Shown piece after piece: positions 60,781 through 64,000 of a DNA stretch of 64,000 bases (its first letter is position 1; each line of letters starts with the position of its first letter). Where the stretch lies: NCBI GenBank assembly GCA_026025075.1, contig JAPEUI010000032.1:62001-126000 (forward strand), written 5' to 3'. The DNA comes from Vezdaea acicularis. Its lineage: Eukaryota. Below the pieces are notes generated by a model that was not told the DNA's origin, did not search any database, and was given only the letters and a program-made list of their open reading frames with translations. The position numbers and the translations under genes are program-made.

Positions 60781-62544
60781 ATGGCTTTAGCAGACCAGAC
60801 CGCTGTCGCAGCCCTAGTTGTCGCACTCGCGGCATTCTTCATCGCCCTCGGACAACTCCTCCAGCAGATATTTGGTACAGCGGATGGCTATCGCCGATGC
60901 CAGGCGACCGTGCTGGGCCCGTGGGCCAAATACACAAAGCTGCGTTGGCGATGGAGTCAGTTCCGATTCGAGACAGTGTTTACCACTCCACATATCGTTA
61001 TGATGGAAGATCATGGCGGAAAAGTTAGCAACATAAATCTCTGACAAGGAAAGTCTGGGTAGCTGATGTTTGTGTCTTAGATGCATACAATGGAGGTCTT
61101 GGAGGCGGCGACGGATGGAGGCGACGTCAATTCCCTAACGTCAGTTCGGGCATTAGAGTTGCCGGATTCGAGGGCCTCCTGGCTTGATCTGCTTGCTAGT
61201 ATTCTTCTTCTCCAACTACACACTCGAAACCTGAACCGTGATCATGCCGGTCAGCCAGGGTCTTTTCCTTTGTATCGAGCGCTGTACATGAAGAAAAAAC
61301 GATCCTGGGATTTCATGCCTTCAGATATCGTTCGGCCTTTTGCCTCGACTACGGTTCACGATATAGCCGTCCTAGGTGTGAGATTGGGCCTAAGATGGAC
61401 TGAGTTCAAGCCAGCAGGCGGCATCCTGATTGCTGAGGGCAATAATCAGACTATCACATCTACGACTGTCCGTTCTATCGGGCTACTCCTGCACTACCAG
61501 CGAGCTTGGAGCCCGATGTTTGTGGCTGACCCATTCCCGATTGAGAGAATCTATGTACCCATGAGGCAAGTAGATAATATGGCGTTTGGAGTAGTGACAT
61601 GGGCACCGGCGAGAACATCGAAGATTGAGTACTTAAAACTTGGGACGATAGAGGAAATCAGAAACACTTGGAGCAACGTCAAACACTACCCGTATGATGA
61701 CCCACAACTTCAGATAACTCAGTTCTCGGATTGCATAACAGAAGATGATGTATACGCTTCATACGCCCCAGGTCTTATGGATATTCTGGGTATAGGGTCG
61801 CCATTGATGCGTTTCCCTCCATCTACTCTAACAAAGGTTCCTCGACCCTTTCCAACCCATTTAAAAGTGTATCTTCACGACGCGACGATGAAAGTGTTCC
61901 ATCACCGTCTGATCGACTATATCCAATCAAAAGGGGAGCATGAAGTCTCTAAAGATGTCCTATGGGTACTTCAATCCTACACCTCTTTGCGAGAGTTTAG
62001 ACAATGGGAAATCGGTAGAGATGCCAAAGAAGCTCCTGCTTCCGTCGTGGTGGCCAAGAAAACAGATTTTCTCGACCGCCTCCAGGAAGTCTTTACCAAA
62101 GCAGATCACTACGAATTCGAAGATCTGCGGGAGGTGGACGGCGTCTACATCCCCCGCCTCTTCAGGAGCGATGGCAGGCGCCTCGCTTTGAGACACATCT
62201 ACGGCGCCATAGCAGCCCACAACGTGGCATTGAAAACCGTCGACTCCGAGTCTTCGTGGGTTAAGAGGGAACCGTACAACGTTCGTGGCGACTATGAGAG
62301 TCGACTAAGAGGAGAAGCAATGCACCTCCTCTTCCCTACGAAGGGAAACAAATGGATCATCAGTTATATGGAGAGCACGAGTTTCAATCTGGAGGGCGCA
62401 CAGGCCGAAGATGCCATTATCGAGTGCTGGCTGGTGATGATGTTACGAGGATTTTGTTGGGCGCGTATTCACCAGCTGGATGAAGAGGGGCCGACGATAC
62501 CTTCAAAGTACCTGAATAGTCAGATGCCGGTGTACATAGGTTAG
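60781..62544 (+). CDS. Modin (Podospora mod-A)-like protein
   Basis: Exons 60781-61023 and 61081-62544. N-terminal TM followed by QLLQQIFGTADGYRRC...GPWA...WRWSQFRFETVFTTPHI; ASWLDLL; SWDFMPSDIVRPFASTT...GLRW...AEGN; W-x-x-MMLRGFCW; C-terminal PVYIG. Confidence 0.72.
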
Positions 62545-62730
62545 CGTCAACGAATGAATTTATACAATAAGTTACAGTATGCTACAGTCCACAGTAGGGT
62601 GCACTGTAGTCTAGGGCCCAATTGCGGAAAAGGCGAAGCGAGCAAAGCAGGACATCGCTAGGGCCTGCCGGTCCGCGCCCCCCTCCCGGAACGCCAATAA
62701 AGAATCAGAGATACAAATGTGACTCCACTC

Positions 62731-64000
62731 TCACGCCTTCCCAATCCAGCCACTATGCACAAAAAAGTCAAAGATCATAGCGCCCTTCTGTGGAGCAATC
62801 TGTACGCCTCTAATCAGCATATACACTTCTGTAAGAGATCACGATACGGCATACCTTAGCAATCTCCTTCGCCACTTTCTTCTTCAGATTCCCGCCTTGC
62901 TTGAGCGCCTCGCGCATCAAGACTTCTTTGATGACGAGGTACGGCTTGGGAAAGATCCTAAGCGTGCTGCACAGCGTCTGCTCGTCGCGACTGAGCAAGT
63001 GCAGATCCGTCGCATTCTCATTATTCATCTCGAGCGGCAGCGTGTTCGCTGGTGGGGTGAAGCTGTACTTCTGCCTGCCCGCAAGTGGGACAAGCGCTCC
63101 ATTCGCATGGCCGTTCGTGAGTATCTTCCCATTGACAGCATTGGCCTTTGCGTTCTTCGCCGGCGCCGCGGGGGTGGGTTTGAAACGGTCGGGCAAGTCG
63201 ACGGCAGTGAGGCGCGCTGCTTCCGATGCGGCTTCGACGCCAGGCCCGACCTTTGCGGTACGTGCGGCTGTCGCGAGGCGGTCAAGAGTGCCCTGCGGTT
63301 GAGCGCGAGCAAGGCGCTCTTTCTTCTCGCGCTCGTACTTCTCGCCGGCACGTAAGTCGGTGACGCGCTTGTTGCGCCAGTCTTGCAGTTGAGAAATGGC
63401 GAGGCGCAGGTTGTGTTCGTCGAGGAGACCCTTTGCGAAGGCGTCGTAGTCGGCCTTATTCATAAGTCGGGCGTAGGGCTTTATCTTGGTGAGAAGGTCG
63501 CGCTCGTCTTTCGTGCGGGACTTCTCGTAGGAGGTATTGCGCCGATAGGAGAGTAGGTCGTGCGTGAATATCACTTTCTTGCGGTCGACACGCGCGGTCA
63601 GTCGCGAGTTGTATATATCCATTACCGTCATCTTGAGCTCCATCTCTGGCTCAACTTCTCCAGTCCTCGGGTTCAGCCCATCTCCAGGATCAAATTGCAT
63701 GTGCTGTACAGCTTCTTCCGCATCGTTGAAATGTTCTGTCTCGAACTCCATCCGTCCTGGCATATAGCCCTGGACTTCATGGCAGGCGGGTACAGAGGCA
63801 GTGGGCTTTTGCTTAGGGGCTGCAGGAGGGGCGTTCTTGGCTGCTTCTTTACGCGTTTCTATCCGACGCTTCTTGCGGACTTGAAAGTCTTCACGAGAAA
63901 CACTGTCTAGTAAAGAACGGTCTTCTGGACTTGCTCTCTCTGGAAGAGGGAATTTGGACGATTCGATGTATGTTTTTATGTAGTGATCGCGTACTTCGTC
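62731..64000 (-). CDS. ADA2: SAGA/ADA transcriptional adapter Ada2, 5'-truncated at the window edge
   Basis: Exons >64000-62855 and 62799-62731. End of SANT domain ([10 protein letters not shown]), [31 protein letters not shown], and SWIRM domain ([23 protein letters not shown]...[11 protein letters not shown]). Confidence 0.95.

Overview
Gene-dense eukaryotic DNA from a filamentous ascomycete (Pezizomycotina). Genes carry short GT-AG introns of about 45-90 nt. I built spliced models by hand for 28 protein-coding genes, plus one tentative first exon at the left edge and one intron-containing tRNA-Thr(AGT). Most genes are conserved housekeeping genes: PCD/PCBD, ERG25, NCA2, SEC4, AFG2/DRG1, RNPS1-like, RPT6, VNX1, EMC4, BBC1, RPS17, MRP51, class II chitin synthase, CUZ1, CDC21, SFH5, ADA2 and two MFS transporters. 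The right end (51-62.5 kb) is richer in uncharacterised genes. These are a secreted Cys-rich protein with a duplicated, unnamed 6-Cys domain, a Kelch-like single-pass membrane protein, a small Cys-rich membrane protein and a modin (mod-A)-like gene. I saw no transposon, CRISPR array, rRNA or secondary-metabolite cluster, and no clearly new multi-gene system. The most notable signals are: the tandem-domain Cys-rich secreted protein; an ERG25 start codon split by an intron, with twin SRE-like sites upstream; a stop-free, in-frame candidate exitron in chitin synthase; a natural Walker B E-to-Q change in AFG2 D1; frequent AAG 3' splice sites; a U1-like 5' motif in the tRNA intron; and an 11-bp minisatellite. 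All family assignments come from motif recognition, not from database searches.
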